Below are positions 26,725 to 36,800 of a stretch of 56,715 nt of DNA, one piece after another. Source of the stretch: an uncultured Terracidiphilus sp. (lineage in GTDB: Bacteria; Acidobacteriota; Terriglobia; Terriglobales; Acidobacteriaceae). Position 1 is the first letter of the stretch, and every line of letters begins with the position of its first letter. Where the stretch lies: contig CAZSVJ010000001.1 in the NCBI GenBank assembly GCA_964610185.1, forward strand, positions 1 through 56,715, given 5' to 3'. Position numbers and translations under genes: made by a program. The notes beneath the pieces were generated by a model. It was not told where the DNA came from, did no database searches, and worked only from the letters and a program-made list of their open reading frames with translations.

Positions 26725-27678
26725 TTACCCCTGCACCAGGCCGTAGGTCCAGGCCAGTTCGCGCGCCAGCGGTTGCGGCGGAGTTGCGGGCTGCGGCCGG
26801 CGCTGCCCCTCGACAGGTTTAGCCGCCTGCTGTGGCGCGATGGGCTGAGGCGGCGCGCTCATGCGAATCTCGAGCTTGCCGATGTGCACACGCGTCGCTG
26901 GGCGATCTTTCGGCTTTGGCTCGCTTGCGGGCTTGGAGCGCGCTGCGAGTGGGAGGAGCGGCGGCTCAGACTGCGCGCGGTTGCTTTGCGGCTTGTGAGA
27001 GAGCTGCGGGTGTGAGGTGGACAAGGATGCGCGCGGCGTAGAATCGGTGGAGGTTTTGGGAGTCGAGTCTGGGATTGAATTGAATTTTGATTCCAGGGCA
27101 CGGGATGCGGTGGCGGTAAGCTGAGGCTTCATCCCGATCGACGGTGAAGCTTCATTGTGCGCCGATGGCAATTGCGGAGCGATGAGCGGAGTTTTTTGCG
27201 TTGCGGATTGGCTGCTTGATTGGGCCGCGCCGAAGTGTGTTTCCCCGATCTGCTTTGGAGGTTGGGCTTGGAGAGTGTTTACGACTGTCGAGTCGGTGTG
27301 GGCGGCTTCGCGGGCTGGGGCGGAAATCCTGTGCGCGGAAGTTGTGAGCAGTTCGACTTCATGTTGGTGTTGCTGGATCGAGTCGCCGTGCGGCTGAGAT
27401 GCCAGGGTTGGTTCAAAGGAAGCGGCAGTGCGGCTCGGAGCTTCAGCCAGAGAAGTTGAATCCGAATCTGCATCGGAAGGCATAAGTTCCGCGGTTCGCT
27501 TCTCCGCCGGCCTTTGCGCAGCAGCGTGGCGGGCAACGGTTCCGTCCTGCACCTCGGGCACGAGCGCTCGCCAATCGGGGATCGAGGCAGAGTGCGCCGG
27601 CTTGAGGGCGGCCGCGCCAACGGGCATGGGCTCTGCCAGATTGCTCAAGTATCCGCGTTGGCTTGTTGCGCCTGCCAT
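26725..27678 (-). CDS. Low-complexity eCIS hypothetical protein (alternative TTG start at 27684)
   Basis: P/S/A/Q-rich with a C-terminal VHIGKLEIR motif; fills the operon gap. Confidence 0.7.
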   Translation of the reverse strand: MAGATSQRGYLSNLAEPMPVGAAALKPAHSASIPDWRALVPEVQDGTVARHAAAQRPAEKRTAELMPSDADSDSTSLAEAPSRTAASFEPTLASQPHGDSIQQHQHEVELLTTSAHRISAPAREAAHTDSTVVNTLQAQPPKQIGETHFGAAQSSSQSATQKTPLIAPQLPSAHNEASPSIGMKPQLTATASRALESKFNSIPDSTPKTSTDSTPRASLSTSHPQLSHKPQSNRAQSEPPLLPLAARSKPASEPKPKDRPATRVHIGKLEIRMSAPPQPIAPQQAAKPVEGQRRPQPATPPQPLARELAWTYGLVQG

Positions 27679-27680
27679 TT

Positions 27681-28475
27681 TCAATTCCCTCTCCGCTCCC
27701 GGATTTTTTCCGCGTACTCTTTGCGCCTGCGCTGCGGTAATGCAACAATTGCCTCCTCGGTCCAGTGGTACTCCGAGGCCAGCAGATCAATCTCACCGAA
27801 CACACCCGAAGCCGCCTGGATCAGCTCCTCCACAACCAGCTTCGGAACGTGAAGGATTGCCCTCACCGGCTTGCCGCAGTTTGGGCAGATTCCCTCAATT
27901 TCTCGCGAGACGGGCGGCGCCAACGCTTCCATGGCTCGCTCAATTCGCGTTGCTTCCAGCTTCGACAGCTTCGCTCTTCCGGTGCAGCGTTGCAACAGCA
28001 GCGCGCCGCCTTCGGGTTTTCCCTGCACGGCCAGTTGGTCGCTTACCGTTGGAAGGTGGAATCTGACCGGATTTGCGCTGGCTGTGAGTTCGAACTTCTG
28101 AGCCTTGCCCGCCACCCTTGCTACACCGCGTGGCATTCGCGGGGAGACATCGTCGAGCAGTGCCGTAATGGAAAAGCTCATCTCCATGGACTCGCCGCAC
28201 TCGTGACTGCGATTCCTGAGCAGGCATGTTACGGAGTCGCCCTCAAGAAACCGCCTCAGCCCCAGCAAAGCGTACTCAAAATCCGTGACTGAAAGGGCTC
28301 GCCAGTCGGTCTCTTCTGGACCGCGGCTTGCCATTGCCGCTTTTTTGAGAGCCAGCCGCGCGATAGCGACCAATGCCTGCTCGATCTCGTTTCCACCGGC
28401 CTCAATCAACGCCAGGTCATCGCTTCCGGTGGGAAGATGGAACTCGATTTCCAGGCCGCTGACCGGCAGCTTCAC
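27681..28475 (-). CDS. T4 gp26-like baseplate hub assembly chaperone
   Basis: F.LPT..D repeated twice, CPNCG, and C-terminal EIDLLA..YHW.E..I..LP..RR..Y. Confidence 0.75.
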   Translation of the reverse strand: MKLPVSGLEIEFHLPTGSDDLALIEAGGNEIEQALVAIARLALKKAAMASRGPEETDWRALSVTDFEYALLGLRRFLEGDSVTCLLRNRSHECGESMEMSFSITALLDDVSPRMPRGVARVAGKAQKFELTASANPVRFHLPTVSDQLAVQGKPEGGALLLQRCTGRAKLSKLEATRIERAMEALAPPVSREIEGICPNCGKPVRAILHVPKLVVEELIQAASGVFGEIDLLASEYHWTEEAIVALPQRRRKEYAEKIRERRGN

Positions 28476-28476
28476 C

Positions 28477-28986
28477 CTATTTCTCCTTGGGCTCCGTTAG
28501 TGTGGTGTCCTGCTCCCAGCCCTCGTTCTCAATCTTGATGTGCTCGATGGCCACGGCATTGGCGCCGGCGTCGAGGTCGGGCAGCGCCTGATACTCGGAG
28601 ACCCAGCAGCGATGTATATTGAAGCGCCACACGGGTTGGCCCTCTTCATTGAGCAGGTCGATGCGGACCTCTTGCCGCAGGCTCGACAGCGATTCGCTCG
28701 GCGAACCCTTGTCGAGGACCTGCGAGGCGTTGGCCCAGTTCACAAAGTCCTGGTCCATGGTGATGCCGCGCTCGAGCGTGATGGCCTCATACTTGGTGCG
28801 GCCCAAGCCCTTGCGGATCACCGGGTCGCCACCGGATTTGTATTCGATCACCTCAGACGACCGCTTAATCGCGCCGACTTTGCTGACCAGCGCCACCGGG
28901 CTTGTGGACGTGCCAAAGTACACCAAGAACCGATAGCTCTTGAACGGATCGAAGCGATTCACATTGACGGTAAACGGCTTTCCCAT
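28477..28986 (-). CDS. Phage tail tube protein (T4 gp19-like)
   Basis: RFDPFKSYRF, GRTKYEAITLERG.T.D..F..W, LDA..N.VAIE.I.IENEG. Confidence 0.93.
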   Translation of the reverse strand: MGKPFTVNVNRFDPFKSYRFLVYFGTSTSPVALVSKVGAIKRSSEVIEYKSGGDPVIRKGLGRTKYEAITLERGITMDQDFVNWANASQVLDKGSPSESLSSLRQEVRIDLLNEEGQPVWRFNIHRCWVSEYQALPDLDAGANAVAIEHIKIENEGWEQDTTLTEPKEK

Positions 28987-29019
28987 CTCTTTCTCTCCTT
29001 GGCTCTCTATGGTTTCTGG

Positions 29020-30648
29020 TTACGAGGTCTGTCCGGCGATCTGCGCGATCTTGATGACGACGAACTCAGCGGGCTTGAGCAGCGCCACGCTCACCACAAT
29101 GTTTACGATTCCATTCTGCTGGTCCTGCGGGCTGGTTGTAGTCGAGTCGCATTTGACCTGGAAGGCTTCGCTCGGCGTGGAGCCTTGCAGCGCCTGCTGA
29201 TTGAAGAGGGAGAGCAGAAAGGCTTCGATCTCAGCCTTGATAGCCAGCCAAAGCGGCGCGTCGTTCGGCTCGAAGACGGCCCACTTCATGTTGGCGATGA
29301 GGGACTGCTCGATGAAGAGCGTCATGCGCCGCACTGGCACGTACTTCGACTGCGCGAAGGCATCGTCGTTTGCGACGAGCGTTCGCGCGCCGTAGACAAC
29401 GGTGCCCGCGCCCGAGAAGCTGCGCAGGCAGTTGACCGGAACGACACTCTCCTCGCTGTAGAGCGCACCCTGCTGCATGTCGTTCATGACGCCGTTGGCG
29501 ACCGGGCCAGTTGTGCCGAGCAGCGTTGTCGCCATTCCGGCTGGGGCCTTCCAGACACCGCGGTCGGAGTCCGTTGTGGCATACATGCCTGCAACAAAAC
29601 CGCTGGGGGCGACGGGACAGGGCAGGCCGGTGACCGGGTCCGTCGTATTGAGATACGGAAAATACAGCGCGCCATTCTGACTGAGGGGCACACCGGGCAG
29701 GAGCGACTCAAGGGTTGGCGATGTGCTGTTGGGAATCTGGAAGGCCGTGGCCTGCGGCGGAGGATCGAGAACGGCGAAGGCTCGCTTGACCTCAGCGAAT
29801 GCGAGCGCTGCGCCGATGACCGAGTTATCGACGACCCCAGGCACCAGCAGGATGTTGAAGATCTCAACCGTGTCGAGACCGGAGTTGGGCTGGAAGATGG
29901 GGAGAAAGTCACTTGCGCTGAAGGACCCCGAATATCCCGAAGGCAGATTCTGCGGCGTGGTGGAGAAGGTGACGGTCTGTGGAGTAGGCGGAGTGCCCGC
30001 AAACACGGTGCCGTACGAAGTGCCGCCGCCAATGGGCGCGGCCGTCACCAGGGAAGAGACGCCGTTCAGCACTTTGTCGATGCTCCCCGCCGTATTGAAG
30101 GCGATGGAGATGTCGAGGCCGCGATAGGTCTCGACGCGGGTCCCGTAGGAGAGCACGAGGTCAAAGACGGTGTACGCGCTGGACGAGTTGAGCCGGATGT
30201 TGGCCACGCGCGCGACGAGTGGAACCTGATCGGCGGGCTCGATGGCCTGCAGCGCGATGCCGACCGACGGCGAGCCGGTGTTCGGGTTGATATTGGCCGA
30301 GAAGAATACGTCGGTGGATGCGCTGCCAAACTGCACGGACACGCTGGTGCCCTTGGCCGAGGGCTGCAGCGGGACGACGTAAGCGTTGTTGCCTCCGTTA
30401 AGAAAGAAGGCATAGACGGCGCGGGCAACACTCGAGTCCACGTATCCGCTGGTGAAGATTCCGCCAAAGTACGTCTCGTAGTCGCTGAAACTGTAGATTT
30501 GCTGCGCCTGGCCCCAGGGCACGGCGGTCTTCCACGGGTGTGTGTAGCCGACAAAGGCCGTGATGGAGGTCGGCGTAGGTGTGATGGTCTGCGCATTCAG
30601 AGGCAATTCCTGAATGTAGATGCCCGGATAGGTGTATGCGGTGGACAT
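29020..30648 (-). CDS. Contractile tail sheath protein
   Basis: YPGIYIQE, TSITAFVG, FF.NGG, ALYFP, GVWKAPAG, YGARTL, YVPVRR, WAVFEPN, KPAEFVVI. Confidence 0.95.
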   Translation of the reverse strand: MSTAYTYPGIYIQELPLNAQTITPTPTSITAFVGYTHPWKTAVPWGQAQQIYSFSDYETYFGGIFTSGYVDSSVARAVYAFFLNGGNNAYVVPLQPSAKGTSVSVQFGSASTDVFFSANINPNTGSPSVGIALQAIEPADQVPLVARVANIRLNSSSAYTVFDLVLSYGTRVETYRGLDISIAFNTAGSIDKVLNGVSSLVTAAPIGGGTSYGTVFAGTPPTPQTVTFSTTPQNLPSGYSGSFSASDFLPIFQPNSGLDTVEIFNILLVPGVVDNSVIGAALAFAEVKRAFAVLDPPPQATAFQIPNSTSPTLESLLPGVPLSQNGALYFPYLNTTDPVTGLPCPVAPSGFVAGMYATTDSDRGVWKAPAGMATTLLGTTGPVANGVMNDMQQGALYSEESVVPVNCLRSFSGAGTVVYGARTLVANDDAFAQSKYVPVRRMTLFIEQSLIANMKWAVFEPNDAPLWLAIKAEIEAFLLSLFNQQALQGSTPSEAFQVKCDSTTTSPQDQQNGIVNIVVSVALLKPAEFVVIKIAQIAGQTS

Positions 30649-30779
30649 TTGGGAAACCTCGCGTGAAGTAAATGGTGGACCAACAATGGTGAGCGCGACG
30701 GGCGCTACGACGGAAGACCTGGCGGAGTTCTACGAAGTGAAAGCAAGGAAGGTGAAGTCACCCGACTGTTACGACGCCC

Positions 30780-31613
30780 TCAGGAGCTCACAAGCAAACT
30801 TGCGGAAGCAGAACCAGATGCGCCGCCACCGCTTAGCGTGACCGTGCTGGCCGCAGGGACAAGCCCGGAGGAGCCGGAGAAGGTAAGCAAGTAGGAGAAG
30901 GGATTTGTGGCCGCCGTTGTAAGGCCGGCAAGATGAACGCCGGTAACGGCCTTGGTCCAGCTCACTTCCAGCGAAAACGTCGTAGGACTGGAGCCCGAAG
31001 CCGGAGTGACGGTGACCTGGATGTTTTGCGCGTCTGTCGAGTCTGAACTGAGCGTGGGGGCCAGCGTGAAGGCGGTCTTTGTGTTGTCGGCAGCTTCGGG
31101 GATATTCAGGCTCAGTCCAGCCCCGATTGGGCCGCTGAAAGACTCCGGAAATTCAGGAGTGCCCGTGGTGGCATCGTAGACGAGCCCCAGTGCGGCCGCA
31201 GCGGTGCTGCCCAAAACCGTGGCCAGCGAGGTTGGCGTGACATCTGTGTATTTCTCACTCATTACCACGGTAATGTCCGCCGTTCCATTTGCAACAGATG
31301 GGTTGGCAATTTGGATGGTGATGCCGTTGCCGGCCGCTCCGCTGAGCGTGGCGGTCGCAGTCAACCCGGCAGCGGCCAGCGCCGATCCGCTGAGAGCCGT
31401 TGGGCTCGCGGTTAAATACCCCTGCGAGGAGAGCATGGCCAGAAGAGGCGTGACCTGGCTCTGATAGGTCGAATAATCCGGCCAGGTGGTGGCGTCGATT
31501 CCCCGGCTGGTGAAGAAGATGGCGCTCAGGGGAATCTCAATTTGGTTGTACTGGTTATTCGCTGAATTCAGGAATGCAATGGGCGCAGTTGCGGCCGCTG
31601 GGTAGATTGCCAT
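30780..31613 (-). CDS. Hypothetical T/S/A-rich protein, first gene of the eCIS operon
   Basis: 277-aa ORF with GGAGG RBS and sheath-insert-like segments LTATA..SG..GN.ITI.I and VTLSGG. Confidence 0.75.
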   Translation of the reverse strand: MAIYPAAATAPIAFLNSANNQYNQIEIPLSAIFFTSRGIDATTWPDYSTYQSQVTPLLAMLSSQGYLTASPTALSGSALAAAGLTATATLSGAAGNGITIQIANPSVANGTADITVVMSEKYTDVTPTSLATVLGSTAAAALGLVYDATTGTPEFPESFSGPIGAGLSLNIPEAADNTKTAFTLAPTLSSDSTDAQNIQVTVTPASGSSPTTFSLEVSWTKAVTGVHLAGLTTAATNPFSYLLTFSGSSGLVPAASTVTLSGGGASGSASASLLVSS

Positions 31614-31707
31614 TTCCGCCTCCGGGGATACAACTTCAGGGATTAAACAAGCGATTGCTCACCGGTTTCCGATTACCGCCATAGGTCAGCTGATCGACAG
31701 AGCGCCC

Positions 31708-31737
31708 ACTATAACCCACTTTTCGCTGTGGATGCAA
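31708..31737 (-). promoter_or_regulatory. Putative sigma70 promoter of the eCIS operon
   Basis: Minus-strand TTGCAT-N18-TATAGT. Confidence 0.5.
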
Positions 31738-31851
31738 TATTTTTTCCTGGCGGCCTTGTTCAGCCGCTAAGTTCTTGCTTGGAAGTTATCCATTCCTATG
31801 GTCGCCAGCTCCTTCATCGAGGCGCAAAATTTTAATTCATCAAAATTTTGA

Positions 31852-31881
31852 TTGACTGATTTCTTGAAAGGAAAGTACACT
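31852..31881 (+). promoter_or_regulatory. Putative sigma70 promoter of the plus-strand operon
   Basis: TTGACT-N18-TACACT, about 35 nt before the ATG that follows AAGGAGG. Confidence 0.55.
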
Positions 31882-31915
31882 GCAGCCTCGTCGAGTTTGG
31901 CGCAAGGAGGGGGTC

Positions 31916-33757
31916 ATGCGTCTTCTTACAGGGAAATCGCTGTTAGCGGTCTGCACAGCGCTGGCATCCGTCGCGAGCGTAGCTTCCATCGCGCAATCGG
32001 GCAGCCCCAAACCTGAGCCCAGCAGGGCAACATCGCTGGCCACCGCTCCGCCCACAGCCCAGGAGATTGCGGACCTGGAATGGATGCGGGCGCGTACGAA
32101 GGTCGGCGTTCCGTACCAGCTCGACCTGTCGCAACCCAACCAATACCGCTTCTTGATGACCATGCTCCGGCGCGCCGGAGATAGCAAGGAGCGGTCGCCG
32201 CACATGTTCAGCCTGCTTGCTGAAAGCAGCCGGAGAGGCCCGGGCGCTGATCCGAAGATTGCCGTGAACACCGGTCCCGACGGACAAGCGAACGGCACAC
32301 CGCAGACGCTGAGTTATGTCAACAGCCTGAGCGCGACGGGACCGCAGTCATTCTCGGCATCCGGATTGCTTTCTGTGAATAACGGCACGGCGTCCAGTCA
32401 AATCATCATATCGCTGCTGTCGAACAACCAGACCTTCGCGGCAAACCAGGGCGAGCAGCTCAATCAAGGCCAGTACTATACGGTCGCCGTCTCCGGGACG
32501 GTTCCCAACTCCGGGACGATTCCGGCCGACAGCGGCCCGGTTACCGCCGAAGCCAATGCCGCGTTCCTTTACGTACCGCAGGGGAGCCATACGCCGGTGG
32601 CCAACTACTATCGCGGCGAAGCATCGATCAATCCCACCAGCGCCTGCATTCAACTGCCGAATTACTGCGTTCGAGACGGCAATCAAAACTGCGTCTCCGG
32701 CCAATATCAAACCACTTGCACGAATACGGTCACGAATACGACACCGATCAAGGTCTGCTACTACCGCGGCAGCCAGCAGGAGTGCGATTACTGGAACCAG
32801 GCTCCCGCCCATCCCACCAATTTCGTCTTTCCGCTTCAGGGCTACGCGCAATTCTCGCAGAATATATTTACCACGGGAACGACTGCAACAGGCGCGGCGA
32901 CGATCACGCTGGAGAACCCCACAAAGGGTGGCGGATGCTATTTGGTCTTCCAGCAGCTTGCGCCGCTGGCTGCGGCTAATTGGAACGTTCCGGCGGCGAC
33001 GCCCAACCAGCTGAACTGGACCTTTCCCGCGGCCTCGTTCCCCGACCCGAACAGTTGCCTCGAATACTACAACGCCACAAACACCTACATGCACGTTCAG
33101 GTGCTTGGGCTGGTGATGACGAACCAGCAATTCGGCCAGTTCGAGTTCACCAGCAATCGGTCCCAGATCGGCCAGCCGGGCATCTACATTGTGCCGCAAA
33201 TTCAGATTCAGCAAGGGTGCATGGCGGCGGGTACGCAGATCCGGCTGGCGGACGGAACGGAAAAGGCGATTGAGACATTTGCGCTCGACCAACCGAGGAT
33301 GGTTAAGTCGGGCATAGGCGATAGCGCGGTGCTGGAAATTACCAGCGGCATTGAGCCACTGCCAATGATTCATCTGCGCACGGACAAAGGCCAGGAGATT
33401 CTGGTCACGCGCACCCATCCGATCGTCACGCCTACCGGGCCGGTGATGGCGTCCGCGCTCAAGCTGCAGGACAAAGTTCTCACCGAAGACGGCCCCGCCA
33501 CTCTTATCGAAGTCAAGCAAGAGATCTATTCGGGCAAGGTCTTCAACCTGCGCGTTGGCGACACGGACGATTCCGACTTCGCGCACATGACGTTGCAGGC
33601 GAATGGATTCATTGTGGGCGACGCGCGCATGCAGGCCTACTTTGACGAAGATGCGCAGGAGCAGGAGCGTCTGGCTGCCTCAACGCCCGCGACCATCGAG
33701 ACAGTGCCGCCGGAATGGCGCGAAGATTTTCTGCGTCACCAAAGCGCTAACAAGTAG
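31916..33757 (+). CDS. Secreted Cys-rich protein with C-terminal Hint autoprocessing domain
   Basis: Signal-peptide-like N-terminus. Hint block A G|CMAAGTQIRLADG (Cys435 at 33218), block B VTRTHPI, terminal VFNL...ANGFIVGD. Confidence 0.88.
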   Translation: MRLLTGKSLLAVCTALASVASVASIAQSGSPKPEPSRATSLATAPPTAQEIADLEWMRARTKVGVPYQLDLSQPNQYRFLMTMLRRAGDSKERSPHMFSLLAESSRRGPGADPKIAVNTGPDGQANGTPQTLSYVNSLSATGPQSFSASGLLSVNNGTASSQIIISLLSNNQTFAANQGEQLNQGQYYTVAVSGTVPNSGTIPADSGPVTAEANAAFLYVPQGSHTPVANYYRGEASINPTSACIQLPNYCVRDGNQNCVSGQYQTTCTNTVTNTTPIKVCYYRGSQQECDYWNQAPAHPTNFVFPLQGYAQFSQNIFTTGTTATGAATITLENPTKGGGCYLVFQQLAPLAAANWNVPAATPNQLNWTFPAASFPDPNSCLEYYNATNTYMHVQVLGLVMTNQQFGQFEFTSNRSQIGQPGIYIVPQIQIQQGCMAAGTQIRLADGTEKAIETFALDQPRMVKSGIGDSAVLEITSGIEPLPMIHLRTDKGQEILVTRTHPIVTPTGPVMASALKLQDKVLTEDGPATLIEVKQEIYSGKVFNLRVGDTDDSDFAHMTLQANGFIVGDARMQAYFDEDAQEQERLAASTPATIETVPPEWREDFLRHQSANK

Positions 33758-33800
33758 CCTAGCCCCGAAGCAGCCCAGCCCGGATTTGAGAGAGGACATC

Positions 33801-36800
33801 ATGGCGAGCGCGCCAACGATTGTCGCCATTCAGTACGACGGCCAGGCCGCCAAGGTGTGGTGGACGCCGTCGTCCGACACCAACGTTACCGGATACATCC
33901 TTATGGCGTCGTCCGCGGAGAGCGGCATCGCCTTTCAGAGTCCGGTCATTTCGGGCCAGGGCGCGAATTTCGGTTCGCTCTCGACCGGCACTTTGCCTTC
34001 TGGAATCGTCTACACTCTCCAGGTTCAGCCGCAAACCGCGGGCGGTCCTGGAACCGCGAGTCCATTTCTTCCGCTGCTTGCCGCGCGGCCGGTCTTGCGA
34101 TCCGCATGGTACGACGGAGCCAATCTCAACTTCAGTTGGCATCCGATTGAGGGCGCGGTGAATGGATATCAGCTCGCCGTTTATTCGCTCGACAGCGGAA
34201 CCTCGGCCTTCGCGAAGGTGGCCGATCCGTGGGCAGAGCAGGGCGTCTTGCCGCAGTCGGCGATCCCTGGCGGCAAACTGGATCCGAGCCAGCAATGGGC
34301 AGTCCGAGTCGACGCGCTGAGCGCCAGTCTTGCGGGCGGCGCGGGGTTGAGCGCTTCGAGCGATACGTTCAACCTCCCCAAGCCGCTGCCCACGCTCAAT
34401 CTGACATACGCCGAGTATCAAGGAGGAGTCAGCATCAAGGCCGGCTGGTCCGCCCTCGCGCAGGGAGCAGTGAGCCGTTTCGCCATCGAGCTGACGTCGC
34501 CACAGGACGACTCGCGCCTGATCGTCACGATTCCCGGCGGAGCGGCGACGCAAGGATCGCTGCCCTTGCCGCGGCCGCTAGCGCCGTTGCAGCAATATGC
34601 GGCGCGCGTGCTGGCTTTGACCGGCGACGATGTGGGAGTGGCCACACCAGCGCAAGCAGTCATCTCCGCGCTGTCGAGGATTGTTCGCGCGAACTACGAC
34701 GGTGCGAATGTGCAACTGGTCTGGCAGGCTGCGCAGAGCCCCGCGGTACAGAGCTATCTGCTCAAAGTCGTGTCGCTATCCAGCGGCCAGACCTTCACTG
34801 CGACCGTCCCCGATCAGCCTTCCACCTCCGGCTCGGTCGCGACCGGCCCGCTTGACGCTGCGCAGGACTACGTCGCGTCCGTGGCGACGCAGAACCCGAA
34901 CTACATTGGCGGAGCCAGTCCCACGCTGGCGCTGCTGGCCATCCAGCCGGCAATCGTCTCGCTAGCGTACGACGGCGCAGTCATCGAGATTGGCTGGACC
35001 GGTCCCGCCGGCGTCGTCCGATATGTTGCCGGACTCTTCAAAGACGGTGCACTGGTTCAATCCGTCGAAGTTGAAAACGGCCTTGCGAGCTCAGCGCGGC
35101 TGGTGATGCCGTCGCCGCTCGGCTCGGGCAATTACACGGTCGGCGTGACGGCTAGCACCGATGCGGGGACCAGTGCGGCAAGCGCCTTGAGCCCTCTGCC
35201 AACGACGCTCCCCGTTATTAGCAGCGTTGCCTACAACGGCTCGAGCGTGGTCGTCGAGTGGGCGCAGTTTACCGGAGCAGCGAGCTTTACGATCGCACTC
35301 CATTCGCCCGTTACCGGTACTCGCATTCAGCAGGAGGTTTCCCCTGGAACCGCGACTGGCGGAACTCTGCCGCTGCCGGGTTTGCTGGGCACCGATTGCG
35401 GTTATCTGCTTACGCTTTCGGCCACACTGACGGCCGGCGGCACGGTGCTCTCCACCCAGCCGGTGCCGCTGATCACGTCGATTCCCGTCCTCGGATCGGT
35501 GAGCTACGACGGCGCCGCGGTCACGATAAGCTGGACTCCCGTGGCCGACAGCGCTGCCACTGTCGTTGGATATACCGCGAGCGTATCGGTCGATGGAACG
35601 AACACCGTCTACTCCAAAGAGGTGAACAATCCGTTCGCAGCATCGGCCGTGATCGACAGTCTCCCAGTCGGTGGTCTCGACCCAGCACAGACATATCACG
35701 CAGCCATCACGGCGCGCGCGGACAACAACGTTGCGGCCATCAGCCGGCAGGCGCTGCTGGCTTCCAGCGTTCCGCGGCCCAACTACGCCACCTGCTACAG
35801 CACGCGCATCGTGACAGGATGGTCACCCGTGGCCGGGGCCAACAGCGCCGTCACCGGCTATCGATTGACCGCCGCGTCGGCTCAGTGCGACGACGCATAC
35901 TCGATCCTGATTCCAGGAAACGCCGCAACCAATGGCGTGCTTCCACTCGCCCGGCCGCTCAGTCCCACCGTTAATTACAGCTTTTCCATTGCCGCCGAGG
36001 TGCCGGGCCAGTCGCAAGCGGTGGTGAGCCTTGCGCCGGTGATCTCTTCTTTGCCGGTGCTGGCCAGAGCCCGTTACGACGGCGCAAACGTCGCGTTGAC
36101 GTGGGCGCCCTCCCAGAGCCCCGCGGTTACCAGCCAGATTCTGAAAGTCATTTCGCTCTCGAGCGGGAACACGTTCACCGCGCCTATCGCGAACCCGTAT
36201 GCAACCAGCGGGGCCGTTACCGTTCCAGGCGGCCTACAGGCGGATCAACTCTGGCAGGCGCAGGTGTGGGCACAGGGAGCGGTGGCCGGCGCAAGCGATC
36301 CGCTGACACTGCTGGCCCAAAGGCCTGTGATTACCGCGGTCCGCTACTTCGGGGTTTATGTAGACGCTCAATGGACACCGGTGATCGGCGCTGGAGTCAC
36401 GGGTTACACGATGTTCGTGACGAAGCCGGACGGCACACAGCTCGCGGTGAGCGTCCTCGGTGAGCGTAGCGCGTGGGCGCGGCTGGCGCTTGCTGCGCCG
36501 TTCCCCGCTGGCGGCTCGTACACGGTGACGGTCGAGGCCGAGGCTGCGCAAGTCTCCGCGGCCAGTGACGCGGTCACTCTCGACCTGGCGCAGCCGGCGA
36601 TTTCCAGCGTTGTTTACCAAGCCGGCGCGGTGAACGCGACGTGGGCGGAGTCGGCGAACGCAGCCGTCACCGGATATGCGATGCTTGTGTTCGCGCCCCA
36701 GAGCGGTCAGGAATTCGTGCAGCCCATTCCGGATCGAGCCACAACCAGCGGCAGTGTCGCCCTCGGCGGCCTGCTTCCCGGCGATGAAACCTGGTTTTTC

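Noticed and set aside
23140-30666. Long plus-strand ORFs such as 23140..24981 and 28540..30666 (also 13645..14844, 15837..17153)
   Set aside because: Antisense shadows of well-supported minus-strand genes in GC-rich DNA, with no recognisable motifs.
9129-31613. Prophage or type VI secretion system
   Set aside because: No capsid, portal, terminase or integrase, and no TssJLM/TssK/ClpV-type genes; eCIS markers are present.
33218-33625. Splicing intein
   Set aside because: No terminal His-Asn followed by Cys/Ser/Thr, and no interrupted host protein.
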